Positions 1 to 7,367 of a stretch of 64,000 bases of DNA are shown here, piece after piece. The stretch spans positions 167,059-231,058 of the forward strand of contig JABTUJ010000001.1 in NCBI GenBank assembly GCA_015075445.1, read 5' to 3'. The notes beneath the pieces are model-generated. The model was not told the DNA's origin, ran no database searches, and saw nothing but the letters and a program-made list of their open reading frames with translations. The position numbers were made by a program, and so were the translations under genes. Origin of the DNA: Verrucomicrobiales bacterium (GTDB taxonomy: Bacteria > Verrucomicrobiota > Verrucomicrobiia > Limisphaerales > J093). Every line of letters begins with the position of its first letter. Within the stretch, counting starts at the first letter, position 1.

Positions 1-187
1 CGTTGGCGATGCGGAGGACGGCGGCGACCTGCTCGGTGTTGCGGGGCAATACCACAGCGCCCGGCATCTGGGACAGGGCCGCGGTTCCGTCGAACGAGTA
101 AGGGATCAGGTCTTCCTTCGCGGTCAGCACGTTCTCCGGGCCGAGCAGACGCTTGAGGTCGGCGACAACGGTTTCGGGCAGGGCCAT
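1..187 (-). CDS. FAD-linked oxidase, GlcD-like, N-terminal fragment (gene runs off the window start)
   Basis: Hand translation of the minus strand from ATG (complement of 185-187): MALPETVVADLKRLLGPENVLTAKEDLIPYSFDGTAALSQMPGAVVLPRNTEQVAAVLRIAN. This resembles N-termini of glycolate oxidase GlcD / FAD-binding PCMH oxidases. It is absent from the ORF track because there is no stop in the window. Divergent from lpdA. Confidence 0.6.
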   Translation of the reverse strand, partial: MALPETVVADLKRLLGPENVLTAKEDLIPYSFDGTAALSQMPGAVVLPRNTEQVAAVLRIAN

Positions 188-301
188 GGTGGGCGCAGCA
201 TGGGAAGGGGCGGACGAAGGGTCAAGTCTGCCGCCGGAGCGTGCCGCCGCAGCGCCGCGAGACTTGCCGGCCGGGCTTGCGCCCGGGATGCTCGCGTCGT
301 C

Positions 302-1690
302 ATGCCAACCGCACACGATCTGGTCGTCATCGGCGCGGGCCCCGGCGGCTACGTGGCCGCCCTCAAGGCCGCCCAACTGGGAATGAACGTCGCCTGCGTC
401 GAGCGCGAACCCGTGCTCGGCGGCACTTGCCTGCGGGTGGGCTGCATCCCGAGCAAGGTGTTGCTCGAGTCGAGCGAGAAGTTCGCGGAAACCCGGAGCG
501 AACTCGCGCGCCACGGCATCAAGGTCGCGTCGGTGGAACTGGACCTCGGCGCGATGCTGCAGCGCAAGCGCACCGTGGTGACCACCTTGACCAAGGGCAT
601 CGAGGGCCTGTTCAAGAAGCACCGGGTAACCCGCTACGCCGGACAAGGCCGCCTCACCGGTCCCGGGCAGTTGGTTGTGGAAGGAACCGACGGCGCCAAC
701 GAACTGACCGCGAAACAGATCCTGATCGCGACCGGCAGCCGCCCCGCGCCCTCGAAGGGGGTCGAGTTGGATGGCGACCGCATTGGCACGAGCACGGAGG
801 CGCTGAGTTATTCCGAGGTGCCCGGGCACTTGGTGGTGATCGGGGCGGGTTACATCGGGCTTGAGCTCAGCTCGGTCTGGCGGCGGCTCGGGGCCAAGGT
901 GACGGTGCTCGAATTCCTGCCGCGCATCCTGCCCGGGCTCGACAGCGAGCTGGCCGCCGAGGCGCAGAAGCTGTTGGCAAAGCAGGGGCTCGCGTTCCGT
1001 CTCGGGACGCGCGTGACCGCCGCGCGGGTCGAGGGAACGGGTTGCGTGGTCGAGATCGAGGGGGGCGAGCCGATTGCCTGCGACCGGGTGTTGCTGGCCG
1101 TCGGGCGCGTGCCGCACACGGAGGGCCTCGGTCTCGACGCGGTGGGGATCCGGCTCGATGAGAAGGGGCGGATTCCGGTGGACGACCACTTCGCCACGTC
1201 GGTGTCCGGAGTCTCGGCGATTGGCGACGTGATTCGCGGTCCGATGCTGGCTCACAAGGCCGAGGAGGAAGGGATCGCATTTGCCGAGCGACTGGCGACC
1301 GGCTATGGGCACGTAGACTACGGAGTGATTCCGGCCGTGGTGTACACGCATCCCGAGATCGCGTCGGTGGGTCGGACCGAGGACGAACTCAAGGAACGCG
1401 GCATCGAGTATCGCAAGGGCGTGTTTCCGTTTCTGGCCAGTGGCCGGGCGCGTTCGCTGGGGCAGACCGACGGCCGGGTGAAGGTGCTCGCAGATGCCGG
1501 GACCGACCGGGTGTTGGGCGTGCACATCCTCGGGCCGCGGGCGGGCGATCTGATTGCCGAGGCCGCCGCCGCGATGGCCTTTGGCGCCAGCAGCGAAGAT
1601 CTGGCCCGGGTTTGCCATGCCCACCCGACCCTGTCGGAGAGCCTCAAGGAAGCGGCCTTGGCGGTGACGGGCCAGGCGATTCATGTATAG
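302..1690 (+). CDS. lpdA: dihydrolipoyl dehydrogenase (E3 component)
   Basis: ORF 200..1690 trimmed to ATG 302, giving MPTAHDLVVIGAGPGGY (FAD GxGxxG). Has the redox-active disulfide motif GGTCLRVGCIPSK, a second NAD fold HLVVIGAGYIGLE, and the C-terminal HAHPTLSE dimer-interface motif. Confidence 0.92.
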   Translation: MPTAHDLVVIGAGPGGYVAALKAAQLGMNVACVEREPVLGGTCLRVGCIPSKVLLESSEKFAETRSELARHGIKVASVELDLGAMLQRKRTVVTTLTKGIEGLFKKHRVTRYAGQGRLTGPGQLVVEGTDGANELTAKQILIATGSRPAPSKGVELDGDRIGTSTEALSYSEVPGHLVVIGAGYIGLELSSVWRRLGAKVTVLEFLPRILPGLDSELAAEAQKLLAKQGLAFRLGTRVTAARVEGTGCVVEIEGGEPIACDRVLLAVGRVPHTEGLGLDAVGIRLDEKGRIPVDDHFATSVSGVSAIGDVIRGPMLAHKAEEEGIAFAERLATGYGHVDYGVIPAVVYTHPEIASVGRTEDELKERGIEYRKGVFPFLASGRARSLGQTDGRVKVLADAGTDRVLGVHILGPRAGDLIAEAAAAMAFGASSEDLARVCHAHPTLSESLKEAALAVTGQAIHV

Positions 1691-1700
1691 TGGGGGCAGT

Positions 1701-2408
1701 ATGACCCGCGAAACGTCCAAGACTGACACGGGCGTTCTTCCACCGGTCACCATCAAGGGTTCATACACACCGGTGGCTGGGGCGTGCTTTTGCGCGACGC
1801 GGGAGCGAGAAGAGCCAGCGACCCGGCGACGCTGGGCTTGCCAAATCGGCCTTCTGCTCCTGCTGCTGTCTTTGCTACCGGTGACAACTCAGGCGCAGGG
1901 CCAGTTCAATTTCGGCAATCGGTTCGCTTGTCAGTGTGACCCCGCTGTGTTCGATATCGATGGCCGGACGAAGTTGACGGGCCCGGACTTTGTGGTGCAA
2001 GCGTACGTGGGTTCGACACCCGCGAGTCTGAGTCCGTTGGGGCCGGTCTTGCCGTTCCGTACCGCCGCGGCCGTGGGCTTCTGGTGGAGCACTCAACTCG
2101 TGGTTCCAAACGCTCCCGCGGGAACGCTGGTCTACGTCGAGGCCCGAGCCTGGGAAGCCGCCGGCGGAGATTCCTGGGAAAGCGCGCAAGCGGCGGGCTT
2201 CAAGTACGGCCGCAGCAACACCGTTTGGCTGTGGCTGAGCGAACCTCCGGCGGCTCCCACAGACATGGTTGGTCTGCTGTCATTCCATCTGATCCCCGAG
2301 CCCTCGCCGTCCGCCCTGGCGCTGTTCGGTGCCGCGGTCCTCTTGGTGGCGCGTCGCCCGTACCGAGCCACGACTGCGGCGGGACGAGTTTACAATACTA
2401 TTGACTGA
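1701..2408 (+). CDS. PEP-CTERM sorting-domain secreted protein (function unknown)
   Basis: ORF 1683..2408. C-terminus IPEPSPSALALFGAAVLLVARR is a PEP-CTERM anchor (PEP motif, hydrophobic helix, basic tail). Has an N-terminal hydrophobic signal LLLLLSLLPVTTQAQG. Start is either ATG 1683 (overlaps the lpdA stop) or ATG 1701. Confidence 0.7.
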   Translation: MTRETSKTDTGVLPPVTIKGSYTPVAGACFCATREREEPATRRRWACQIGLLLLLLSLLPVTTQAQGQFNFGNRFACQCDPAVFDIDGRTKLTGPDFVVQAYVGSTPASLSPLGPVLPFRTAAAVGFWWSTQLVVPNAPAGTLVYVEARAWEAAGGDSWESAQAAGFKYGRSNTVWLWLSEPPAAPTDMVGLLSFHLIPEPSPSALALFGAAVLLVARRPYRATTAAGRVYNTID

Positions 2409-2413
2409 CCCCT
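2386..2413. repeat. 28-nt direct repeat, copy 1 (GAGTTTACAATACTATTGACTGACCCCT)
   Basis: Identical 28-mer at 3300-3327, read directly from the sequence. AT-rich relative to its surroundings. Contains the last codons and stop of the PEP-CTERM gene and, on the other strand, the last codons and stop of the Uma2 gene. Confidence 0.9.
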
Positions 2414-3186
2414 CGGCTAAGGTCGGCGACAAACGCTGCGTGTTCCGGGCTCTCCAGTCCGGCACGCAGCACCGCCATGAACCGGGCACCGTCACCAGCT
2501 AACAGGGCAGTCGTGTCCAGCCAAAGCCCGGGGAAGACCCGGCTGCGCAACACCCCGCCGGCATCGGCCGCCAGCGGACGATACTCATCCTCGTCGAGCA
2601 CCCACCAGTCCACCGCGGCGTCTTCGGTGCGCCACACGACGTATTCCCGCACGCCCGCGCGGCGATAGGATGTCAGCTTGTCGCGCACATCCAGCGACGC
2701 CGTGCTGGCCGAAACCTCGGCCACCAGTTCGGGGGCACCCAGCAGATAGCCCTTGGGATCGAGTCGGGCCTGTCCCCCACATTCGGGGACGATGCGCAGC
2801 AGGCCGTCGGGTTGCGGCACATCGTCCGGACCGAGCCGGGTGGTGGCGTTGGTGGCGGCCTTCACGCCTGGGGTGGCCACGCTGTAGCTGCACAACCAGC
2901 CTTGAATCAGGTTGTCGGGTTCGCCGTGCTGGTCGAGTCGAACGGGGGAAGCCATATACACGATGCCGTTGATCAGTTCCGCCTTCTTGAGTTCCGGCAT
3001 GGCCTCGTACCGGCGCAGGAACTCGCGGGCGCCGAGGTGCGCCCCGTTCTCGAGGGGTGGCACGCGTCCCGTGCCGGTGAAGGGCTTCCTGGCTGACACC
3101 GCGGTCACCATACGTCGGAAGGGTAGGCCGAGGGCGTGGCCGTGTCGAGTCGCGCGACTCCAAGTAGTGGGGTTGGGAATTGTCAA
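2398..3186 (-). CDS. Uma2 family (DUF820) PD-(D/E)xK endonuclease
   Basis: ORF 2398..3186. PPLENGAHLGAREFLRRYEAMPELKKAELINGIVYMASPV...APELVAEVSASTASLDVRDKLTSYRRAGVREYVVW is a typical Uma2/DUF820 pattern. Start is uncertain: the TTG at 3186 is part of a TTGACA box, so ATG at 3111 (MVTAVSARKPF) is equally plausible. Confidence 0.75.
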   Translation of the reverse strand: MTIPNPTTWSRATRHGHALGLPFRRMVTAVSARKPFTGTGRVPPLENGAHLGAREFLRRYEAMPELKKAELINGIVYMASPVRLDQHGEPDNLIQGWLCSYSVATPGVKAATNATTRLGPDDVPQPDGLLRIVPECGGQARLDPKGYLLGAPELVAEVSASTASLDVRDKLTSYRRAGVREYVVWRTEDAAVDWWVLDEDEYRPLAADAGGVLRSRVFPGLWLDTTALLAGDGARFMAVLRAGLESPEHAAFVADLSRGVSQ

Positions 3187-3299
3187 ATGTCAATGTTTGA
3201 CCCCATTGTCCCCGGGCAGCGGGTTCAAGCGCTGCCGAATGCCAGTGGTGGGTCCCAGTGAACCCGTATCGGCGGACCGCGAGGTGAGGCGGGTGGGAT

Positions 3300-3327
3300 G
3301 AGTTTACAATACTATTGACTGACCCCT
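3300..3327. repeat. 28-nt direct repeat, copy 2 (also the left arm of the hairpin)
   Basis: Identical to 2386-2413. The match extends to about 32 nt with one C/T mismatch (2385 vs 3299). Confidence 0.9.
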
Positions 3328-3365
3328 TAGGATGAGGGGTCAGTCAATAGTATTGTGCTTTTTGG
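3306..3365 (+). terminator. perfect 22-bp stem hairpin followed by GCTTTTTGGGG (intrinsic-terminator-like)
   Basis: ACAATACTATTGACTGACCCCT (3306-3327), loop TAGGATG, AGGGGTCAGTCAATAGTATTGT (3335-3356), then a T-run. Probably the ancestral terminator of the PEP-CTERM gene, now separated from it by the Uma2 segment. Confidence 0.5.
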
Positions 3366-3487
3366 GGACTGGTCGATGTCGGGTGAGAAGGGAGGTGGAG
3401 GGAATTCGCGGCGGCGGGCCTTGACGCCTCAACGGGTGGTGTGTTACCCACGCTCCGGACACATTTAGCTGTGGGTGAGCCAAGACT

Positions 3488-3961
3488 ATGCGCTGTCCCA
3501 AGTGCGGTTGTCGGGATGACAAGGTGATCGATTCGCGGGCTTCCCGCGAAGGCGCCACGATTCGGCGACGCCGCGAGTGTCTGGGGTGCAGCCATCGCTT
3601 CACGACGTACGAGCAGATTGAGACGCGGCCGTTGGTGGTGATCAAGCGGGATGGGCGGCGCGAGCTCTTTTCGCGGGAGAAGCTGCTCAACGGCATTACG
3701 CGCGCGTGTGAGAAGCGGCCGGTGAGCCCGGAGAGCATCGAGGAGGTGGTGGAGCGGATCAACGCGGAGCTGCACAGTGATTTCGATGGGGAGGTGCCGG
3801 GCACCGAGGTGGGCGAGCGGGTGATGAACGAGTTAAGGGTGCTCGACCAGGTGCTCGGTACTTCCGTTGGTGCCATGTACGGTCGAATCAGTTGTCGGTC
3901 GCGTGCTGGCCGATCGAACGGGCTTGTACATACGAAGCTGCTGATCAGTTCCGCCTCTTGA
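3488..3961 (+). CDS. nrdR: transcriptional repressor NrdR; native only to codon 122, with a chimeric C-terminus
   Basis: MRCPKCGCRDDKVIDSR...CLGCSHRFTTYE zinc ribbon followed by an ATP-cone (VIKRDGRRELFSREKLLNGI...). After ...ELRVLDQV (nt 3853) the frame reads through into the duplicated segment, antisense to the Uma2 fragment, giving 35 unrelated residues. The expected YVRFA... tail is found only after 4751. Confidence 0.8.
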   Translation: MRCPKCGCRDDKVIDSRASREGATIRRRRECLGCSHRFTTYEQIETRPLVVIKRDGRRELFSREKLLNGITRACEKRPVSPESIEEVVERINAELHSDFDGEVPGTEVGERVMNELRVLDQVLGTSVGAMYGRISCRSRAGRSNGLVHTKLLISSAS

Positions 3962-4073
3962 GTTCCGCGCATGGCTCGTACCGGCGCAGGAACTCGCGCC
4001 GAGTGCCTGCTTCTCGAGGGTGGCACGCGTCCCGTGCCGGTGAAGGGCTTCCCGCTGACACCGCGGTCACCAT
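3857..4073 (-). pseudogene. Uma2 endonuclease N-terminal fragment (duplicated, degraded)
   Basis: Aligns to 2880-3111 of the intact Uma2 gene (e.g. GATCAGTTCCGCCT(T)CTTGAGTTCCG..., CACGCGTCCCGTGCCGGTGAAGGGCTTCC) with indels. It lacks the whole C-terminal catalytic part. Confidence 0.7.
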
Positions 4074-4243
4074 ACGTCGGAAGGTAGGCTAGGGCGCGTC
4101 GAGTCGCGCGACGCAGTGGGGTTAGGAATGTCAAATGTCAATGTTGACCCCATTGTCCCCGCAGCGGGTTGGCGCGCTGAATGCCAGTGGTGGGTCCCAG
4201 TGAACCCGTCATCGGCGGACCGCGAGGTGAGGCGGTGGATGAG

Positions 4244-4290
4244 CTTAATATTGACCGACCCCTTGGGATGAGGGGCCAGTCAACGTATGC
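4244..4290 (+). repeat. degraded copy of the 28-nt repeat/hairpin
   Basis: CTTAATATTGACCGACCCCTTGGGATGAGGGGCCAGTCAACGTATGC aligns to 3303-3358 with deletions. Confidence 0.7.
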
Positions 4291-4410
4291 GCTTTGGGGA
4301 CCGGTCGATGTCGGTGAGAAGGGAGGTGGAGGGAATTCGCGGCGGCGGGCCTGACGCCTCAACGGGTGGTGTACCCACGCCCGACACATTAGCTGGGGTG
4401 AGCCAAGACT

Positions 4411-4807
4411 ATGCGCTGTCCCAAGTGCGGTTGTCGGATGACAAGGTGATCGATCTGCGGCTTCCCGCGAAGGCGCCACGATTCGGCGACGCGAGTATCG
4501 GTTCAGCCATCGCTCTCTGACGCACGAGCAGATTGAGACGCGGCCGCTGGTGGTGATCAAGGGATGGCGGCGCGAGCCTTGCGGAGAAGCTGCTCAACGG
4601 CATCGCGCGCGTGAGAAGCGGCCGGTGAGCCCGGAGAAGCATCGAGGAGTGGTGGAGCGGATCAACGCGGAGCTGCACGGTATTTCGATGGGGAGGTGCC
4701 GGCACCGAGGTGGGCGAGCGTGATGAACGAGCTGGCGTGCTCGACCAGGTTACGTCCGGTTCGCCAATGACCGTCGGTTTGAGGAGGCCACGGATTTCCT
4801 TCAAGCC
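4411..4807 (+). pseudogene. nrdR: nrdR second copy, multiply frameshifted; carries the only copy of the native 3' end
   Basis: ATGCGCTGTCCCAAGTGCGG at 4411 aligns to 3488 onward with many 1-3 nt gaps. After 4751 it reads YVRFANDRRFEEATDFLQAV, an NrdR C-terminal AYVRFASVYR-like motif. No in-frame stop precedes ORF 4808..5386. Confidence 0.7.
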
Positions 4808-5386
4808 GTGCAAAACTCGAGGGGCCCTGCGATACAGCTACGTACCGACTGCCTGGTTTTTGAAACCGCCAGTGGCGCCATTCCGTGCTCCGCCGAACAG
4901 GTCGCGGTGGAGTTGGTTGGCGAATCGGGCGACTGGCTTGATCCCGAGGTGGTCCGCAACGCCGCGGCGGGGGTGCTGCGCTATTTCAAGGATGACCTGG
5001 GGCGGATGACCGTGACGGTGGGGGAGTTTGCCGAGGCGCTGGCGCGCGTGCTGCGCGGTTTCGGCCTGGCGGTGGTGACCGAGGAGAATCCCCCGGAAGA
5101 ACCGACGCCGACGGTGGAACTGGATCTTCGCCGGCTGGCGCGGGAGTCCGGCACGGGCTTCGAGCTGGCGTTCTTCGGCCGGCTTCGCCACGAGGTGTGC
5201 GCGCGGTTGCAGACGCCGCCGCGCGTGCTGCGGTTCACCGGTTTGCGGGGCTGTGTCAAGCAACTGACCGCCGCCCGCCGCTGGTGCCCTCGGTGCCGCC
5301 GCCTGAACGACCACATCGTCACGTTTCTCCGGCAGTGCCTCGAGGAGAACGTAGGGGCGGGGGCTTGCTCGGTGGTCGTGTCGTGA
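4808..5386 (+). CDS. hypothetical protein
   Basis: ORF track 192 aa with a GTG start and high GC3. I recognise no family. Its stop overlaps the XerC-like GTG start (GTGA at 5383-5386). The 5' boundary is unclear because the frame is open back to 4727 and continuous with the nrdR tail. Confidence 0.35.
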   Translation: MQNSRGPAIQLRTDCLVFETASGAIPCSAEQVAVELVGESGDWLDPEVVRNAAAGVLRYFKDDLGRMTVTVGEFAEALARVLRGFGLAVVTEENPPEEPTPTVELDLRRLARESGTGFELAFFGRLRHEVCARLQTPPRVLRFTGLRGCVKQLTAARRWCPRCRRLNDHIVTFLRQCLEENVGAGACSVVVS

Positions 5387-6351
5387 ACACCCCGGACCCC
5401 GCCTCGACGGCGGCTGCCGATCCGGAAGTGGTGGCCTTCCTGACCCACCTGGAGACGGATCGCGGGGCTTCCCCTTACACGCAGCGGAACTACGAACAGG
5501 CCCTGCGGGAGTTCGCCCGGTGGCATCAGGACCAACGCGGGTCCCCGCCTTCCTGGCGCGAGCTTGGGCGTGACGATTTCCGGGCGTTTCTTCGATTTCT
5601 GGGTCGCAGCTCGCTGGGTCGCGCCGCCGTCCAGCTTCGCTTCAGCGCGCTGCGGACCTTTTACCGGTTCCTGGTCCGGCGCGGTCAACTGACGCGAACG
5701 CCGTTGCGGAACCTCGCCTTGCCGCGCCCGCCCCGGCGCCTGCCGAAATTCCTCACCACCGGTCAGATCCCCGCGCTGCTCGGGGCACCGATGTGCGAAC
5801 TCGAGCGGCTTCGCCAGGCCGATTCTCCGCCGTCGCGCGAGATCGAGGCGGACTTTTGGCGCGATGCGGCGATCCTCGAGACGATCTACTCCTGCGGTCT
5901 GCGGATCAGCGAGCTGTGCGGCTTGCAGGCCGAGGACGTGGACTGGAACGAGCAACAGTTGCGCATCCGGGGCAAGGGGAAGAAGGAACGGCTGGTGCCG
6001 ATCGGCGCCCCGGCCCTGGAAGCGATCCGCGCTTATTGGAAGCGGTTGGAGCCGGCGCCGGGCGGTGCGGAACCGGTATTCCGGGCGCGCGCCGGATCGC
6101 CAGACCCGGTCCTGCCGCGGACAGTGCAATCCCGGCTCAAGCGTTACCTGGCGGCGGCGGGGCTCGATCCGGCACTCACACCTCACAAACTGCGGCACAG
6201 TTTCGCCACGCACCTGCTCGATGCCGGCGCGGATCTGCGGAGTGTTCAGGAGTTGCTGGGACACACGCATCTCGTCACGACGCAGGTGTACACGCATCTC
6301 ACGACCGAGAGGCTCAAAAGGGTGTACGACGCGGCCCATCCGCGTGCCTGA
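5383..6351 (+). CDS. xerC: tyrosine site-specific recombinase, XerC/XerD family
   Basis: ORF 5197..6351 trimmed to GTG 5383 (VNTPDPAS...). N-terminal SAM-like domain (FLTHLETDRGASPYTQRNYEQALREF). Catalytic signature includes ETIYSCGLRISEL, LRHSFATHLLDAGADLRSVQELLGHTHLVTTQVYTH (R..HxxR..Y). Confidence 0.85.
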   Translation: MNTPDPASTAAADPEVVAFLTHLETDRGASPYTQRNYEQALREFARWHQDQRGSPPSWRELGRDDFRAFLRFLGRSSLGRAAVQLRFSALRTFYRFLVRRGQLTRTPLRNLALPRPPRRLPKFLTTGQIPALLGAPMCELERLRQADSPPSREIEADFWRDAAILETIYSCGLRISELCGLQAEDVDWNEQQLRIRGKGKKERLVPIGAPALEAIRAYWKRLEPAPGGAEPVFRARAGSPDPVLPRTVQSRLKRYLAAAGLDPALTPHKLRHSFATHLLDAGADLRSVQELLGHTHLVTTQVYTHLTTERLKRVYDAAHPRA

Positions 6352-6623
6352 TCCCCCACGGCCCTGGCTTGCGGAGTACGACATTTGCCCGCGAAAATCG
6401 CGAAGGGACGCGAAAGGAAGAGGGAGGGAGGCGAGCGCGTGCTCAGGTCCCTCTGGCCCGCTGGTGTGGCTTGGCGGATTTGGCGGGCGCTTTCGACCAA
6501 CCGGCTTGACTCGGAGGTATCGGCAGCGCCACAAACTTCCCCGCTAATCCATGAAGCCGTGGCCCGGCGGACCCGCGCAGGAAAGGCTCCCCGCCGCAAC
6601 GCCGGTCTGGTACTCTGCGGCGC

Positions 6624-7190
6624 ATGAACAACTGGATTTCCCAATACGTGCGGGCGCAGCAGGCGGCGCTCGAGTCCATCCCCCAGGCCGCCGTCGAACG
6701 CATCATCGAGCGGCTCGGCCGGGCGCTGGTGGACGACCAGCAGGTATTCGTCTTCGGCAACGGCGGCAGCGCGGCCAACGCCTCCCACTTCGCGACCGAC
6801 CTGGGCAAGGGTGCCTCGGACAAGCTGGGGCGCCGTTTCCGGGTGCTTTCGCTTAACGACAACGTGAGCTGGCTCACCGCGCTGGGCAACGACTACGCGT
6901 ACGAGGATATCTTCCTGCGCCAGCTTGAGAACTACGCCCGACCGGGCGACATCGCGTTGACCATGAGCGTGAGCGGCAACTCACCGAACTTGGTCAAGGC
7001 GATCGAGTGGGCCCGGAACAACGGCCTGCACACCATCGCGCTGGTGGGCGGCAAGCGGGGTGCCCTGGCGGGGTTGGCCGAGGAGGTGATCGTCATCGAC
7101 TCCGAGCACTATGGTCGGGTCGAGGATGCGCACATGGGGATCTGCCACATGCTCTGCTACGCGTTCATGGAGGGCCAGGCCACGGTGTGA
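6624..7190 (+). CDS. SIS-domain protein, phosphoheptose isomerase (GmhA)-like
   Basis: VFVFGNGGSAANASHFATDL, LTMSVSGNSPNLVKAIEWARNNGLHTIALVGG and EDAHMGICHML follow the GmhA/SIS pattern. Confidence 0.7.
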   Translation: MNNWISQYVRAQQAALESIPQAAVERIIERLGRALVDDQQVFVFGNGGSAANASHFATDLGKGASDKLGRRFRVLSLNDNVSWLTALGNDYAYEDIFLRQLENYARPGDIALTMSVSGNSPNLVKAIEWARNNGLHTIALVGGKRGALAGLAEEVIVIDSEHYGRVEDAHMGICHMLCYAFMEGQATV

Positions 7191-7290
7191 GGAGGGCGCG
7201 CGATGATTCGCCGGACCACCAGCGCGGAAGGGCAGAGGCAGAGGAGCAGCCTCGCGGGGACCGACCCAGCCCAGGTACTTCCGAACCGTT

Positions 7291-7361
7291 GTCGGCGCCG
7301 ACGTGAGGAGGCGTTTTCGTACAGGGGCAAGCACACTTCACCTCCTCACGTCGGCGCCTAC
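7291..7361. repeat. REP-like inverted pair (type A), 7 nt upstream of the large gene's start codon
   Basis: GTCGGCGCCGACGTGAGGAGGCG (7291-7313) and CACCTCCTCACGTCGGCGCCTAC (7339-7361) form a hairpin. Same family as 26418, 35822 and 42347. Confidence 0.8.
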
Positions 7362-7367
7362 GATGCG

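Larger units (their letters stand above)
3853..4750. repeat. degenerate tandem duplicate of about 2904-3852 (Uma2 5' part, intergenic region, hairpin, nrdR codons 1-122)
   Basis: Hand alignment: homology runs from GAATCAG (2904 vs 3885) to the shared junction CTCGACCAGGT (3842-3852 vs 4740-4750). Copy 1 is 949 nt and copy 2 is 866 nt. Differences are dominated by 1-3 nt deletions, often in short homopolymers. Confidence 0.85.

Noticed and set aside
3181-3186. TTG at 3186 as the Uma2 start codon.
   Set aside because: It cannot be decided. The TTG is the first triplet of a TTGACA hexamer in an AT-rich stretch that looks more like a -35 box. ATG 3111 gives a typical Uma2 N-terminus. The longer ORF coordinates were kept, with the uncertainty flagged.
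3306-3356. NrdR-box operator upstream of nrdR: the AT-rich quasi-palindromes CAATACTATTG and CAATAGTATTG resemble the CAATATATTG core of NrdR boxes.
   Set aside because: Each half has an 11-nt core with an extra central base relative to the 16-bp consensus I remember. The two centres are 38 bp apart rather than the usual roughly 31-32. The two 'boxes' are simply the arms of one perfect hairpin. A terminator or insertion-site explanation is simpler. It remains worth a formal PWM scan.
2904-4750. A diversity-generating retroelement (template/variable repeat) as an explanation for the two diverged copies.
   Set aside because: The differences are mainly small deletions, not adenine-specific substitutions. 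There is no reverse transcriptase gene. The repeat covers intergenic DNA and parts of two genes.
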